Shown here piece by piece: positions 16,916 to 26,662 of a stretch of DNA of 64,000 nucleotides (the first letter of the stretch is position 1; each line of letters begins with the position of its first letter). The DNA is from a virus: positions 1-64,000 of the IMG/VR virus record IMGVR_UViG_3300028802_000007, one strand, 5' to 3'. Under the pieces are notes generated by a model. The model worked only from the letters and a program-made list of their open reading frames with translations. It was not told the DNA's origin and did no database searches. A program made the translations under genes and the position numbers.

Positions 16916-17251
16916 ATGACCCAGAGCGTAGTCAACGTCGATGACCCCAGCGCGGCTGACGGCATCGCCGACATCCGCCCGGATCAGGTTCGGAGCGCCT
17001 ACGACGGACGCGCCAACCGGTGCGCGTGCGGCTGCTCAGGCAACTACTACGGCCCCGGCTACCCGGAGTTCAGCATCGCCACGACCGACCGGATGGTCGG
17101 CCTCATCCTCAAGCGCATGCAGCGCCGCGCCGCCAAGGCCAAGGCCGGCGAGGTCGAGCCACTGTGGACCTTCACCTACTCCGACGGGTCCCGCATGTTC
17201 GCCTACCAGACCGCCTCGCGTCTGATCCGCATCGAGACGGTGGCCCTGTGA
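16916..17251 (+). CDS. hypothetical early protein
   Basis: ATG 16916; SAYDGRANRCACGCSGNYY. Confidence 0.7.
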   Translation: MTQSVVNVDDPSAADGIADIRPDQVRSAYDGRANRCACGCSGNYYGPGYPEFSIATTDRMVGLILKRMQRRAAKAKAGEVEPLWTFTYSDGSRMFAYQTASRLIRIETVAL

Positions 17252-17574
17252 CCGCCGAAGACGAGGCGTGGGAGCGCGAGTGGAACGAGTCCATCGCCCG
17301 GATCAGGGCTGACTTCCCGTCGGGCTGGAGCATCACCGGGTACAAGGGCCACAACACCCACGACGGCGTGGCCTGGGTCGCGACCCTCCGCCTCGACGGC
17401 AAGTCGGTCGCCTTCCTTGAGGACTCAGGTGTCGGTGGCGGAGTCTGGTCCCAGTTCCGCGATCGCGCCGACCGCGAGCTGTTCGACAAGGCCGTCGCCG
17501 ACGTCCTGCCCGACGAGAAGACCGAACCGGAGCAGATGGTCTTCGAGGCCCTCCTCCAGCGGTCAGGCAAGTGA
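17248..17574 (+). CDS. hypothetical protein
   Basis: GTGA-coupled; WVATLRLDGKSVAFLEDSGVGG. Confidence 0.65.
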   Translation: MTAEDEAWEREWNESIARIRADFPSGWSITGYKGHNTHDGVAWVATLRLDGKSVAFLEDSGVGGGVWSQFRDRADRELFDKAVADVLPDEKTEPEQMVFEALLQRSGK

Positions 17575-17743
17575 TGCGGCAGCACCACGCTGGATATCCC
17601 GTCCCGTACTTCGAGCAGGTGCGGGGACGGGACGGCCTGTGGTGGTGGGCCAAGTGCCCGGTCTGCGGGCGCGTGATCCTGAACAAGGACGGCTTCGGAC
17701 CGGCCAACCACTGGCGTCGGATGCAGCGCCGGGAGGAGGCCCA

Positions 17744-18436
17744 GTGAAGGTCCTCGACCTGTACTCCGGTCTGGGCGGCTGGTCGCAGCCAGCCCTCGAC
17801 GAGGGCCACGACGTGGTCCGGGTGGAGTACGACCCTCGCCTCGCGAAGGAGGTCCCGTCGTCGGTTCAGGCCGACATCACGACCCTCCGACCAGCCGACC
17901 TCCTCGACATGATGGGCGGCAAGCCCGACCTGATCCTCGCCTCGCCTCCCTGTGAGGCGTGGTCGGTCATGGTCATCAGCCGCAACTGGTTCCCCGACTA
18001 CACGCCCAAGTCGGATCGGGCTGCGGCTGCGGTCGAGATGGTCAAGCACACCCTGTACCTGATCCACGCCATCGACCCGACGTTCTGGGTCATGGAGAAC
18101 CCTCGCGGCATGATGCGGAAGCACCCGGTCGTCGCCGGACTGGAGCGCCGGTCGGTCACCTACTGCCACTACGGTGAGCAGCGGATGAAGCCGACCGACC
18201 TGTGGTCCGACCGCTGGGCTCCCAGCCTGGTCCTCGCACCGACGTGCAAGAACGGCGACCCCTGTCACGTTCGAGCGCCTCGCGGGTCGATGACCGGCAC
18301 CCAAGGCATGAAGGGCGACCGCAACGGCTACTGGACGAAGTCCCTCATCCCCTACCCGCTGGCACGCGACGTCACCGACGCCGCAGCGGCGGATCTCGAG
18401 GCGGGCCAAGTCGGCTCCAACCTCACGCTCTGGTAA
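17744..18436 (+). CDS. DNA cytosine-C5 methyltransferase
   Basis: GTG 17744 (GGAGGAGG SD); motif I VLDLYSGLGG, IV ASPPC, VI MENP. Confidence 0.85.
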   Translation: MKVLDLYSGLGGWSQPALDEGHDVVRVEYDPRLAKEVPSSVQADITTLRPADLLDMMGGKPDLILASPPCEAWSVMVISRNWFPDYTPKSDRAAAAVEMVKHTLYLIHAIDPTFWVMENPRGMMRKHPVVAGLERRSVTYCHYGEQRMKPTDLWSDRWAPSLVLAPTCKNGDPCHVRAPRGSMTGTQGMKGDRNGYWTKSLIPYPLARDVTDAAAADLEAGQVGSNLTLW

Positions 18437-18447
18437 GGAGGTCAGCC

Positions 18448-18687
18448 ATGCAGTTACACGACTCAGCCAAGGCGGAGAACATCCGCGACATCGCCCGGGA
18501 GCTCCTCGCGAGAGCCGACGAGCTCGACGGCACCATGCCGTGCGAGTGCGGGCACCTCCGCCAGAACCACGACCCGGCGGGTTGGAACGCGGGCTGGTGC
18601 AGCGGAGCCCAGACGACTCGCCGGCCCAGCGGCAGGATCATCGCCGCCGACGGCGACTGCAAGTGCGAGGAGTTCAAGGCATGGTGA
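18448..18687 (+). CDS. Cys-rich hypothetical protein
   Basis: RBS AAGGAGGTCAGCC-ATG; CECGH...CKCEEF. Confidence 0.65.
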   Translation: MQLHDSAKAENIRDIARELLARADELDGTMPCECGHLRQNHDPAGWNAGWCSGAQTTRRPSGRIIAADGDCKCEEFKAW

Positions 18688-18929
18688 CCAAGCTGGTCGG
18701 GAACTGGCGGCGACGCCGGAACACCAAGACCGACACCCACCTCTACTCAGGCAGCGGGCATCACCCGTTCGACCAGCGCCCGATCTGCGGCAAGGCCATC
18801 CGCTACATGACCACCGAACCCATCAAGCCGTGGACCGGCTCACCCCGATCGCGATCCGGCGCGAACGCCGCCCTCCCCTGCACGGAGTGCCTCATCAACG
18901 CCATCGGTCAACGGGACTACTCGAAGTGA
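18681..18929 (+). CDS. hypothetical protein
   Basis: ATG 18681 with GAGGAG SD; ICG..CTEC. Confidence 0.55.
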   Translation: MVTKLVGNWRRRRNTKTDTHLYSGSGHHPFDQRPICGKAIRYMTTEPIKPWTGSPRSRSGANAALPCTECLINAIGQRDYSK

Positions 18930-19064
18930 GCGACGAGGAGGACCTGTGCGCCCGGTGCGGCCACAGCTCTGAGGATCACGGGGGCGGACCCGGCGAGGGC
19001 GAGTACCCGGACCTCCCATGCGACTGCGGCTGTCCCCGCTGGACGGAGGAGGCCGACACCTGAC

Positions 19065-19093
19065 TTGCAATCCACGGGCCCAGGCCCGATACT
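19065..19093 (+). promoter_or_regulatory. putative sigma70-type promoter
   Basis: TTGCAA-17 nt-GATACT in intergenic gap. Confidence 0.5.
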
Positions 19094-19113
19094 CAACACC
19101 GGAGGTCAACCGA

Positions 19114-19389
19114 ATGGACGAGAAGCCCGACCCGACACCACCCAAGCGGTTCTGGAGGGTCACGTTCTGGACACCCGACGGGACAGAGCGCCGTCGCTAC
19201 ATCCGCTGCCCGTACCTCGAGCCCTCGAGTGACTCGCTCGTCAACGTGACGGCGCGTCTGGGCGAACTGGTGTGGACCGGCGTCATCACCAGCTACCGGC
19301 TCAGCCCGGTGCCATCGGCCCGCGTGGCCGCCGTCCGCAATCGCTCAGTGCGATGGAGCGAGGTCGAAGCCTCCCTCCTCGCCGCCTAG
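19114..19389 (+). CDS. hypothetical protein
   Basis: RBS GGAGGTCAACCGA-ATG. Confidence 0.65.
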   Translation: MDEKPDPTPPKRFWRVTFWTPDGTERRRYIRCPYLEPSSDSLVNVTARLGELVWTGVITSYRLSPVPSARVAAVRNRSVRWSEVEASLLAA

Positions 19390-19400
19390 AGGACCATGAC

Positions 19401-19541
19401 ATGCTCATCATCCTGTTCATCACCGGCATCCTCATGTGGGTCATCGGCTCACGTCTGGAGAAGCGCCAGATCGAGGAGCGCGACCGCGAGCTCGACGACT
19501 GGCTCCACCGCCGCAACCGACTGCCGAAGAAGCCTCGATGA
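19401..19541 (+). CDS. small membrane protein
   Basis: N-terminal hydrophobic helix, charged tail. Confidence 0.5.
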   Translation: MLIILFITGILMWVIGSRLEKRQIEERDRELDDWLHRRNRLPKKPR

Positions 19542-19936
19542 AGAGGTCCTACGCGGCCATGGCCGACGAACTGGGACTGGAGTTCTGTGGTGGCGTCCGC
19601 AAGACCGGCCACTACTGCACCCTCGATCACAGCCGTTGGGGCGCGTCCGAACCGGGGCGCGTCCACATGGCCGACGTGCGAGTCACGAAGGCGGGCCTGG
19701 CTCGCTTCCTTGGCCTCGCCGCGATCGCACTTGATCCCAGCCTCAACGACGAGGTGCCGTGGCGGAGGGTCTACCTCCGCACCGTGCGCTCGCGTTATCT
19801 GGCCCAGCAACTGCACGTCCGCGTGCCCGGGCGAGAGCACTACGACTTCGACCGTTCGTTCGTCCTCGCGAGCGTCGCATCCCTCCCGAACAGCGAGCCT
19901 CTTCGGAAGCAAGCGTTCGACTGGGCGCGGCGCTGA
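19538..19936 (+). CDS. hypothetical protein
   Basis: ATGA-coupled, 132 aa. Confidence 0.6.
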   Translation: MKRSYAAMADELGLEFCGGVRKTGHYCTLDHSRWGASEPGRVHMADVRVTKAGLARFLGLAAIALDPSLNDEVPWRRVYLRTVRSRYLAQQLHVRVPGREHYDFDRSFVLASVASLPNSEPLRKQAFDWARR

Positions 19937-19952
19937 TGGGGAGGTGTAACTG

Positions 19953-21356
19953 GTGCGGACCAACGACATGCTCCTGCCCCAGACCGGCCAGCGGGTGCGG
20001 GTGTTCGTGCCACGAGTGTTGCAGCCCGTGCGACTGCGACAACTGGATGTTCGAGGACGCTCGACCTACGTCTGGTGGAACCGACTTGATCTCTGCGTCA
20101 TCCCCTTCAAGAGGAAGGCACACGACGAGTGGCCTATCCAGCACGCCATCGACATCGTCCACGGGGGCGGCTTCGATGTCGCCGATCTCGACGACATCAC
20201 CCTTGGCACCCCATCCGTGGGGCGGCTGAAACAGCAACCCTGGCCCGGGTTCCTCCGCGATGGAGTCCGTGTACCGGTCGAGGAGGAGGACCTATGGCAA
20301 ACCATGACGGGGGCGCAGTACTTCCTGTACCGCGTGTTTGGCGTTGCACCAGATGCTGGGAGGTGGGAACCCGACCAAGTTTCATCATCCTCGACGGGAC
20401 CTACGGGTCCCAGCCCTGCCGCAGCATTCGCTGTGGTGGAGAGAAGCGGATCTTCCACGAAGAGGAGTTCAACGATGACATCAGCACTGAACACACACGA
20501 GTACGTCGCCCCGCACAACAACCCTGAGGTGGCGGCGATCATGGCGGAGAAGGGCGTGGGCCGGAAGCGTGCCTACACCATCCTCCGACAGACCAAGGCC
20601 AAGGCCTTCACCGCTGAGGTGCCCCAGACACAACGGACACAGGTCCTCGCCTCACTGGTGAACCACGCTGGATCGAGCAAGAACGCCAAGGAGCTCCTCG
20701 ACCAGCTTCACGACGACGGCATGAAGATCGACATGCACGACACGGTCAAGACGCTGTGGTCACTTCAGAAGAACCGCTTCGTCTCGTTCCGTGAACGCGG
20801 CAACCCGCCCGGTCTGTACGCCATCAAGGTGACCGACCAGGGACAGGCTGCCTACGCCGACATGCGTGAGCGGCTGGCGGATCAGGAGGTGGACACCTTC
20901 CTCGTGGCTCAGTCCTACCGTCGCCCTGCCGTCGTCGAGGCGGCCATCGCGGCGGAGGCCGAAGCGTCGGTCGCCCTCGACCACGATCCGAAGATGGAGA
21001 CGCAGTCGAGCCTGGATTGGCCGGTCAAGACCAAGGCGGAACGGACCGCCGAAGCCCTAGCACTCAACGGCGAGGTCGTCGTCGAGGACATCCTCCCCGG
21101 CACGCCGGAGTGGGCCGCCTCAGAGGTCGCCCTCGAAGAGCAGCGCCGGTCGGAGTACGGCTTCGACGTGAAGGAGTTCCCGCTCATCTGCGCGATCCGC
21201 GACCGCGCCCGGAAGGAGGCCGTCCTGACGCAGGCGGCGCGGCTCCTCGAGGAAGCCGGCGAGGACGACATCGCCCTCACCGTCATGGGTCGGACCGAGT
21301 ACACCGACCTCGAGCTCGAAGTGAAGACGATGCTCCACAGCATCGGGGAGGTCTAG
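19953..21356 (+). CDS. hypothetical protein with winged-helix-like region; probable internal start at 20475
   Basis: 467-aa ORF; GAGGAG SD before ATG 20475; VKTLWSLQKNRFV...IKVTDQG wHTH-like pattern. Confidence 0.55.
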   Translation: MRTNDMLLPQTGQRVRVFVPRVLQPVRLRQLDVRGRSTYVWWNRLDLCVIPFKRKAHDEWPIQHAIDIVHGGGFDVADLDDITLGTPSVGRLKQQPWPGFLRDGVRVPVEEEDLWQTMTGAQYFLYRVFGVAPDAGRWEPDQVSSSSTGPTGPSPAAAFAVVERSGSSTKRSSTMTSALNTHEYVAPHNNPEVAAIMAEKGVGRKRAYTILRQTKAKAFTAEVPQTQRTQVLASLVNHAGSSKNAKELLDQLHDDGMKIDMHDTVKTLWSLQKNRFVSFRERGNPPGLYAIKVTDQGQAAYADMRERLADQEVDTFLVAQSYRRPAVVEAAIAAEAEASVALDHDPKMETQSSLDWPVKTKAERTAEALALNGEVVVEDILPGTPEWAASEVALEEQRRSEYGFDVKEFPLICAIRDRARKEAVLTQAARLLEEAGEDDIALTVMGRTEYTDLELEVKTMLHSIGEV

Positions 21357-21641
21357 ATGACAGTCACCCTGAAGATCGAGATCACGTCGCCTCTGACGGA
21401 CGAGGACCAGGACCTGATGGCTGGCCTCGCCCTGATGACCGTCGCGATCGCGAACCGTCAGCAGTTCAACGCACAGGCCGACGCTGAGGCGGCGGCTGAG
21501 GCCGAGCCTCAGATCTGCGGCACCTTGGAGTACGTCTCCGAGCCGTCGGGCGACGAGGCCACTGGCCGCGTCTGCATCAGCACTGAGGGTCACGGTGGGC
21601 GGCACAAGTTCCGTCCCACCATCCCGATGGGCATGAACTGA
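21357..21641 (+). CDS. hypothetical protein
   Basis: 94 aa, GGGGAGG SD. Confidence 0.6.
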   Translation: MTVTLKIEITSPLTDEDQDLMAGLALMTVAIANRQQFNAQADAEAAAEAEPQICGTLEYVSEPSGDEATGRVCISTEGHGGRHKFRPTIPMGMN

Positions 21642-21919
21642 TGCCCCAGCCCGCTGAGGGCATGCCCCAGACGGAGGTCGTCCTCCGTCTGCGGGCAGCC
21701 ATCGACACTGCCATCAGGTTCCCCAACCCCAACAACGTGGAGTCGGCCCTCGCCATCACCCGCCTGTACCCGGTGGCGATGCGGTCCACCCACCTTCGCC
21801 ACAACCTGGGTCAGGCCCGCTGGGACTGGCTCACCGACCATGGCTACTACGCCGCCCTCGATCCGTCGTCGGAGGACGACCGGGTGCAGGGCACCATCAC
21901 CCCGGACTACACCGGATGA
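21641..21919 (+). CDS. hypothetical protein
   Basis: TGATG-coupled, 92 aa. Confidence 0.6.
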   Translation: MPQPAEGMPQTEVVLRLRAAIDTAIRFPNPNNVESALAITRLYPVAMRSTHLRHNLGQARWDWLTDHGYYAALDPSSEDDRVQGTITPDYTG

Positions 21920-22004
21920 GCGATGACCTGGCCGCCTTCATCATCGGGGTGGTGATTGGCTGGGCCATCGCCATCACCGCCCTGACGATTGGCTTCCGGC
22001 GACG

Positions 22005-22214
22005 ATGAGCTACCACGAAACCGGGGTGGACGAGGTCCCCCGCTACAGGGCTGCCATCTGGGGGAGGGCGGCCTGCGACCGGTGGGAGGACCACGAGTGG
22101 ATCAGGTTCATCCACGTCTCCCACCCGGGCTACACGTTCTTCGTCCTGTGTCGCCACTGCGGGCGGACGCCGCTGGAGGCGCTCGATGCGCTGCCGTTCG
22201 TCGTCCCGTCGTGA
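22005..22214 (+). CDS. hypothetical protein
   Basis: 69 aa, CRHC. Confidence 0.55.
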   Translation: MSYHETGVDEVPRYRAAIWGRAACDRWEDHEWIRFIHVSHPGYTFFVLCRHCGRTPLEALDALPFVVPS

Positions 22215-22235
22215 CATACAGGTGGCACAGCCGGG

Positions 22236-22961
22236 GTGGAGCATGACGGAGTGAGACCCGTCGTCTACTCCGCATCCTCGGTCAACGCCTACCTGGACTG
22301 CCACCTCCAGTGGTGGTTCACCTACGTCTTGGGCGAGGAAGGCGTCCAGAGCGAGCCGATGCGCGTCGGGATCGAGCTTCACGACGCCGTCGAGCGGCTC
22401 CTCCGAAACCGCGACGACTTCCAAGCGTACTGGCAGGCCGAGACGAGGGATGCCCATCTTGGCGCTCTCGTCAGTGTCTTCGTCGCCGATGTCCTGCCGA
22501 CCTATCGCAACCCGGTCTGGGTCGAGAAGGAGTTCCAGATCGAGGTCAACGGCATCCCGTACAGCGGCATCATCGACTCGCTCGACGAGCAGGACGTGCC
22601 GTGGGGCTTCGAGGACATCCTGCGGGATCTGAAGTCCACCGGGAGCCGGCCCCGGCCCGGGAAGTACACCTTCAACATGCGCGGCTACTGGATGGGGGCC
22701 CGTGACCTCGGTCGCGAACCGGCGGGCATCCAGCTCGACTACATCGTCCGAACCAAGACGCCCTACTACTGGCCGGAGGTCCAGCCTATCCCTGACGACG
22801 ACGACCTCGCCGCCTGGGCCCACACCCTCGAGCTCGTGGCGAACGGCGTCGAGCGAGCCGACTACCGGGCGACCGGGCTGGGGTCCCGCGCCTGTACGAC
22901 CTGTCCCTACGCCGCGATGTGCGGTCCATACCAGAGGTTCAAGGAGGTCACCGATGCCTGA
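22236..22961 (+). CDS. PD-(D/E)XK exonuclease (RecB/Cas4-like recombination nuclease)
   Basis: YSASSVNAYLDC, GIELHDAVE, VEKEF, GIID, RDLKS, C-terminal CTTCPYAAMC. Confidence 0.85.
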   Translation: MEHDGVRPVVYSASSVNAYLDCHLQWWFTYVLGEEGVQSEPMRVGIELHDAVERLLRNRDDFQAYWQAETRDAHLGALVSVFVADVLPTYRNPVWVEKEFQIEVNGIPYSGIIDSLDEQDVPWGFEDILRDLKSTGSRPRPGKYTFNMRGYWMGARDLGREPAGIQLDYIVRTKTPYYWPEVQPIPDDDDLAAWAHTLELVANGVERADYRATGLGSRACTTCPYAAMCGPYQRFKEVTDA

Positions 22962-23775
22962 GGCCAAGACGCAGTCCCTCGCCGCCAAGCTGGCGGAGAT
23001 CATGGGCCAGATGAAGCACGTCAAGAAGGAGGGCTTCAACAAGGCCCAGAACTACAAGTTCGTCCGCGAGACGGACGTCGCCGAGATGGCGTCGGAGCTC
23101 CTCGCGGCCAAGGGCATCTGGGTCCACCAGACGCTCATCGCGGAGGACATGGAGCCCCTGTACACGACCAACTCGGGGGCCCAGATGTGGCTGACCAAGG
23201 TCCAGATCGCGTTCAAGTTCATCGACGGCGCGACCCTCGAGGAGACCCTCCCGCAGACCTTCAGCGGGCACGGTGCCGACACGGGCGACAAGGGCATCTA
23301 CAAGGCCATGACCGGCGCTGAGAAGTACTTCCTGATGAAGTCCTTCCTGATCTCGACCGGTGACGACCCTGAGGCCGACGAGAAGGTGGACAAGGCCGCC
23401 GACGCTGCCGGTGCCGCAACCGCTCCCCGGGTGGTGCGCGGATCGCAGTCCGGCGTCCAGCGCGGAGGCCGCTCCGACGCTGCCACAGCCGCTCAGGTCA
23501 ACGAGGTGGCCCGCTTGGTCAAGGAGTTGAACCTGACTGCCGAGACGGCCCTGCCCATCATCCAGGCCGTTCTGGGCGAGATCCCGGCGGATAAGCAGAA
23601 CATGCGCGACTTCCTCGGATCGAAGAAGTCGGCTGAGGTCGGCAAGCTCATCGAGGCGCTCATGGAGTTCAAGCCCGTCGAGAAGGCGGTCGCGGGCGGC
23701 GACCAAGCGGATCTCGAGGCTCGCGAAGGTCTGGACCTCCGCGACGAGCCCCCGGCGGCCATGGCGGTCGTCTAG
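22954..23775 (+). CDS. ERF-family single-strand annealing recombinase
   Basis: ATG 22954; GFNKAQNYKF, GADTGDKGIYKAMTGAEKYFLMKSFLISTGDDPE; follows the exonuclease. Confidence 0.85.
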   Translation: MPEAKTQSLAAKLAEIMGQMKHVKKEGFNKAQNYKFVRETDVAEMASELLAAKGIWVHQTLIAEDMEPLYTTNSGAQMWLTKVQIAFKFIDGATLEETLPQTFSGHGADTGDKGIYKAMTGAEKYFLMKSFLISTGDDPEADEKVDKAADAAGAATAPRVVRGSQSGVQRGGRSDAATAAQVNEVARLVKELNLTAETALPIIQAVLGEIPADKQNMRDFLGSKKSAEVGKLIEALMEFKPVEKAVAGGDQADLEAREGLDLRDEPPAAMAVV

Positions 23776-23871
23776 ACTTACGGGCCGTCCCTAACGGGTC
23801 GGCATCGGTGACGCGGACCGGATGTCTGACAGCATCCGGTCCCCGCCGCCCTTACTGTCAGGAGGGCTGGT

Positions 23872-24783
23872 TTGTACGATCCCGTCGAGGTGGCGACCTT
23901 CTACGTCGCCATGTTCCCGGCACGAGACGACGTGTACAGCGTCTGGACGCCGGAGTTGCAGGGCTGGCGACCCGTTCGAGAACCGCTCACGCCTCAGATC
24001 ATCCTCGCTGGCCTGACCAAGGCCGGTCCCGCCATCAGCGGCTACATGATCTCCCCGGACTCCTTCACGCACTCATTGGCGATCGACTTCGACACCCCCG
24101 ACGGACTCGAGCAGGGCTTCGCCGTGGCGGCGGCCATGGGCGCAGCGGGCCTCCCGGCCTACGTCGAGACGAGCCGTCGAGGCTCCCATCTGTGGCTGAC
24201 CCTCGATGGTCAGGTGAGCGCGAAAGTGGCCCGCCGAGCCCTGCGGGCGTTTCTCGCCACCGCCCTCGCGGACCCTGAGGATGTTCACATCGAGATCAGG
24301 CCAGGGTCCGACACCATCGCCCCGGGGGGCTTGGGGCATGCACTACGATTGCCGTTCATGCCGCACCCCAAGACCGGTGTCACGCCCCAGTTCATGGACG
24401 CATCCGGCACCGTCATGGGACCCACCATCGCTGCCGCCCTCCTCGACATCAAGTGGGGCGAAGCGAGCATCATTACCGACTGGTCGAAGCGTTGGTCCCC
24501 GGTCACGACCCGGATCAGCAAGGCCTACGCCGACCCCAAGGACTTCGGTCCAGATGAGTACGAGAACGCGTCCGCCTCGCAGATCCTCCGCGAGCTATGG
24601 GGCGCGGACCGGGCAGTCCCCGGGCGCAGCATCCGGTGCCCTGCCCATGACGACAAGGTCGCTTCCCTCAGCATCCTCCGCGACGATCGAAGGGTCATCT
24701 GCAAGAGCCCATCGTGCCCCCTCAACAACGGGGACCACGGACGAGGCACCTTCGAGCTCACCCGTCTCGCCATCCATGTCTGA
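23872..24783 (+). CDS. AEP-type primase with C-terminal Zn-finger
   Basis: AIDFD, ETSRRGSHLW, LRLPFMPHPKTG; C-terminal CPAHDD...CKSPSC. Confidence 0.8.
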   Translation: MYDPVEVATFYVAMFPARDDVYSVWTPELQGWRPVREPLTPQIILAGLTKAGPAISGYMISPDSFTHSLAIDFDTPDGLEQGFAVAAAMGAAGLPAYVETSRRGSHLWLTLDGQVSAKVARRALRAFLATALADPEDVHIEIRPGSDTIAPGGLGHALRLPFMPHPKTGVTPQFMDASGTVMGPTIAAALLDIKWGEASIITDWSKRWSPVTTRISKAYADPKDFGPDEYENASASQILRELWGADRAVPGRSIRCPAHDDKVASLSILRDDRRVICKSPSCPLNNGDHGRGTFELTRLAIHV

Positions 24784-26131
24784 GCCGGAACGGTTCAACT
24801 TCGAGAAGGTCGGTCTGGGCTACCGGGTCTGGCCGACGGATGAAGAGCTCAACTGCGACCTGAAGGTCAGCCACATCAAGCGCAAGGGCGGCGACCTCCA
24901 CGGACTCCTGCGGGTCGGCTGCAAGTTCAAGGGCGTCAAGACCATCAACGGCGTCCTCCACACGACCCGGTTCAACCTGTCGGCGGGCCAGACCCGCAAG
25001 CAGGTGGCGGCGCTTCTCAAGACGAGGACCCCGGGCTTCGAGACCATGGACTGGTTCGACGCCCTCGAGTTCCTCTGCCAGCACGTCGAGGAGGCTGAGT
25101 CCACGGGCGAGCCCATCGTCGAGGTCGGCACCAACCGACCGGAGGCGAAGCGGAACAACCGGATCGCCCTGGACCCGCTGGTCCCGGCCAACGTCGCCTC
25201 GCTCCTGTACGGACCGGGCGGTGCCGGAAAGAGCGTCCTCGCCCTCGCTGGTGCCCTGTCGATCGCCACGAACCACGAAGTCATCCCGGGCATCCCGCCC
25301 GTCATCACCGGCAACGTCCTGTACCTCGACTGGGAGACCGACGCCTACGTCGTCAACGACCGGATCTGGGCACTTTGCACAGGTGCCGGTGTCCAACCGA
25401 CCAACATGTCCTACCGGCGCTGCAACCGACCGCTCGCCGACGACGCCGAAGAGCTGGCGATGCTGGTGGGCTCGCTGAACATCGTGTACATGGTCATCGA
25501 CTCGTGCGGGCCGGCGATGGGCACGTCGGGCGAGTACGGCGACGCGAACGAGAGCACCCTCCGCCTGTTCGAGGCGATCCGGCACATCGGCATCACGACC
25601 CAGATCATCGACCACGTCAGCAAGCAGGAGATGCGATCGCCCAAGGGCAAGGTCACCGGACTCCTGCCCTACGGCTCGATCTACAAGGTCAACCTGTCGC
25701 GTGCCGCGTGGGAGCTCCGCAACGGGACCTCGACGGACGACGAGCAGTTGCACATCACCCTGCACAACACCAAGGCCAACGACAGCCGCCTCCACGAGCC
25801 CATCAGGCTGATGCTCGACTGGGAGGCGGATCGCATCGAGTTCCTCGCCGACCATGGCGAGGTCCAGCAGGTGCGAGAGCCGGTCGGCGACACCTGGCGT
25901 GACAAGCTGCGGAGCTTCCTCGAGGACGAGAACGGCGGGCCCGTCGAGACGTCGGTCGCCGCCAAGATGCTCAACACGACCATCGAGAACATCCGCAACC
26001 AGATCCAGCGATACCCGGGTGACTTCACCCGCCCCGACGGTCAGTCCAGGTCCGTGATGTTGACCCCTCACGGGGCTATCGGCGGGTCCTCGAATGTGGT
26101 CTCTTTCATGGCTGCAAGGGGTCCAGAATGA
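24776..26131 (+). CDS. RepA/AAA_25-type SF4 helicase with C-terminal HTH
   Basis: ATG 24776; Walker A GPGGAGKS, VLYLDWE, Walker B MVIDS, IIDH, PYGS. Confidence 0.85.
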   Translation: MSEPERFNFEKVGLGYRVWPTDEELNCDLKVSHIKRKGGDLHGLLRVGCKFKGVKTINGVLHTTRFNLSAGQTRKQVAALLKTRTPGFETMDWFDALEFLCQHVEEAESTGEPIVEVGTNRPEAKRNNRIALDPLVPANVASLLYGPGGAGKSVLALAGALSIATNHEVIPGIPPVITGNVLYLDWETDAYVVNDRIWALCTGAGVQPTNMSYRRCNRPLADDAEELAMLVGSLNIVYMVIDSCGPAMGTSGEYGDANESTLRLFEAIRHIGITTQIIDHVSKQEMRSPKGKVTGLLPYGSIYKVNLSRAAWELRNGTSTDDEQLHITLHNTKANDSRLHEPIRLMLDWEADRIEFLADHGEVQQVREPVGDTWRDKLRSFLEDENGGPVETSVAAKMLNTTIENIRNQIQRYPGDFTRPDGQSRSVMLTPHGAIGGSSNVVSFMAARGPE

Positions 26132-26133
26132 CC

Positions 26134-26277
26134 TACCGTAGCAGCTACCGTAGCAAGCGTAGCGTAGCAACCGTAGCAGGGGAAAGGAAGCGTAGCGTAG
26201 CAACCCCCTATAAGGGGGGGTTGCTACGCTACGCTTTCTCCCTGTCCCTGCCGTCCCTGCTTGGCCTCGATGCTACG
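26134..26277. other. putative replication origin (iterons plus 21-bp inverted repeat)
   Basis: About ten CGTAGC/GCTACG copies and perfect IR AAGCGTAGCGTAGCAACCCCC (26188-26208 / 26216-26236) right after the helicase. Confidence 0.65.
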
Positions 26278-26293
26278 GTTTGGCGGGTGCCCT

Positions 26294-26662
26294 GTGAGTC
26301 GTAAAGATCCGGTCTCCGACAAGGTGGCTGAAGCTGTTGCCCGACGGGACTTCTACCAGTGCGTCGCACCCCGTCTAGACCAGGTTGGGTGGTGCCATGA
26401 CAAGTGGGGCAATCTGATCACCCGCTGGCCTGACCGGCGGATTGATGCGGACAAGGTGACGTTCGCTCATGTGAAAGAGGCCGACGAACAAGCCATGGGA
26501 TCGCGGGCCAAGTCCGACACCGACCACCTGCTCCTGCTGTGCTGGGGTCATCACCTCGGCTCCGGCGAGAGGGGTGGCTACTGCTGGGGCACCAGCCGAG
26601 CCGGCCTCGAGAAGCAGCGCGGCTACCTGGCCCAGTTCCAGACGAGGACCGTCAGCCGATGA
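26294..26662 (+). CDS. HNH-like nuclease
   Basis: VARRDFYQC...FAHVK...DHLLLLCWGHH. Confidence 0.55.
   Translation: MSRKDPVSDKVAEAVARRDFYQCVAPRLDQVGWCHDKWGNLITRWPDRRIDADKVTFAHVKEADEQAMGSRAKSDTDHLLLLCWGHHLGSGERGGYCWGTSRAGLEKQRGYLAQFQTRTVSR

Noticed and set aside
20397-20474. Structured leader before the internal ATG at 20475
   Set aside because: Short GC hairpins are present (GGGACC/GGTCCC, CCGCAGC/GCTGTGG) but single-copy, inside an open frame and expected at this GC content
22236-22961. Cas4 of a CRISPR system
   Set aside because: It is paired with an ERF annealase, the usual phage recombination module, and there is no cas1 or array
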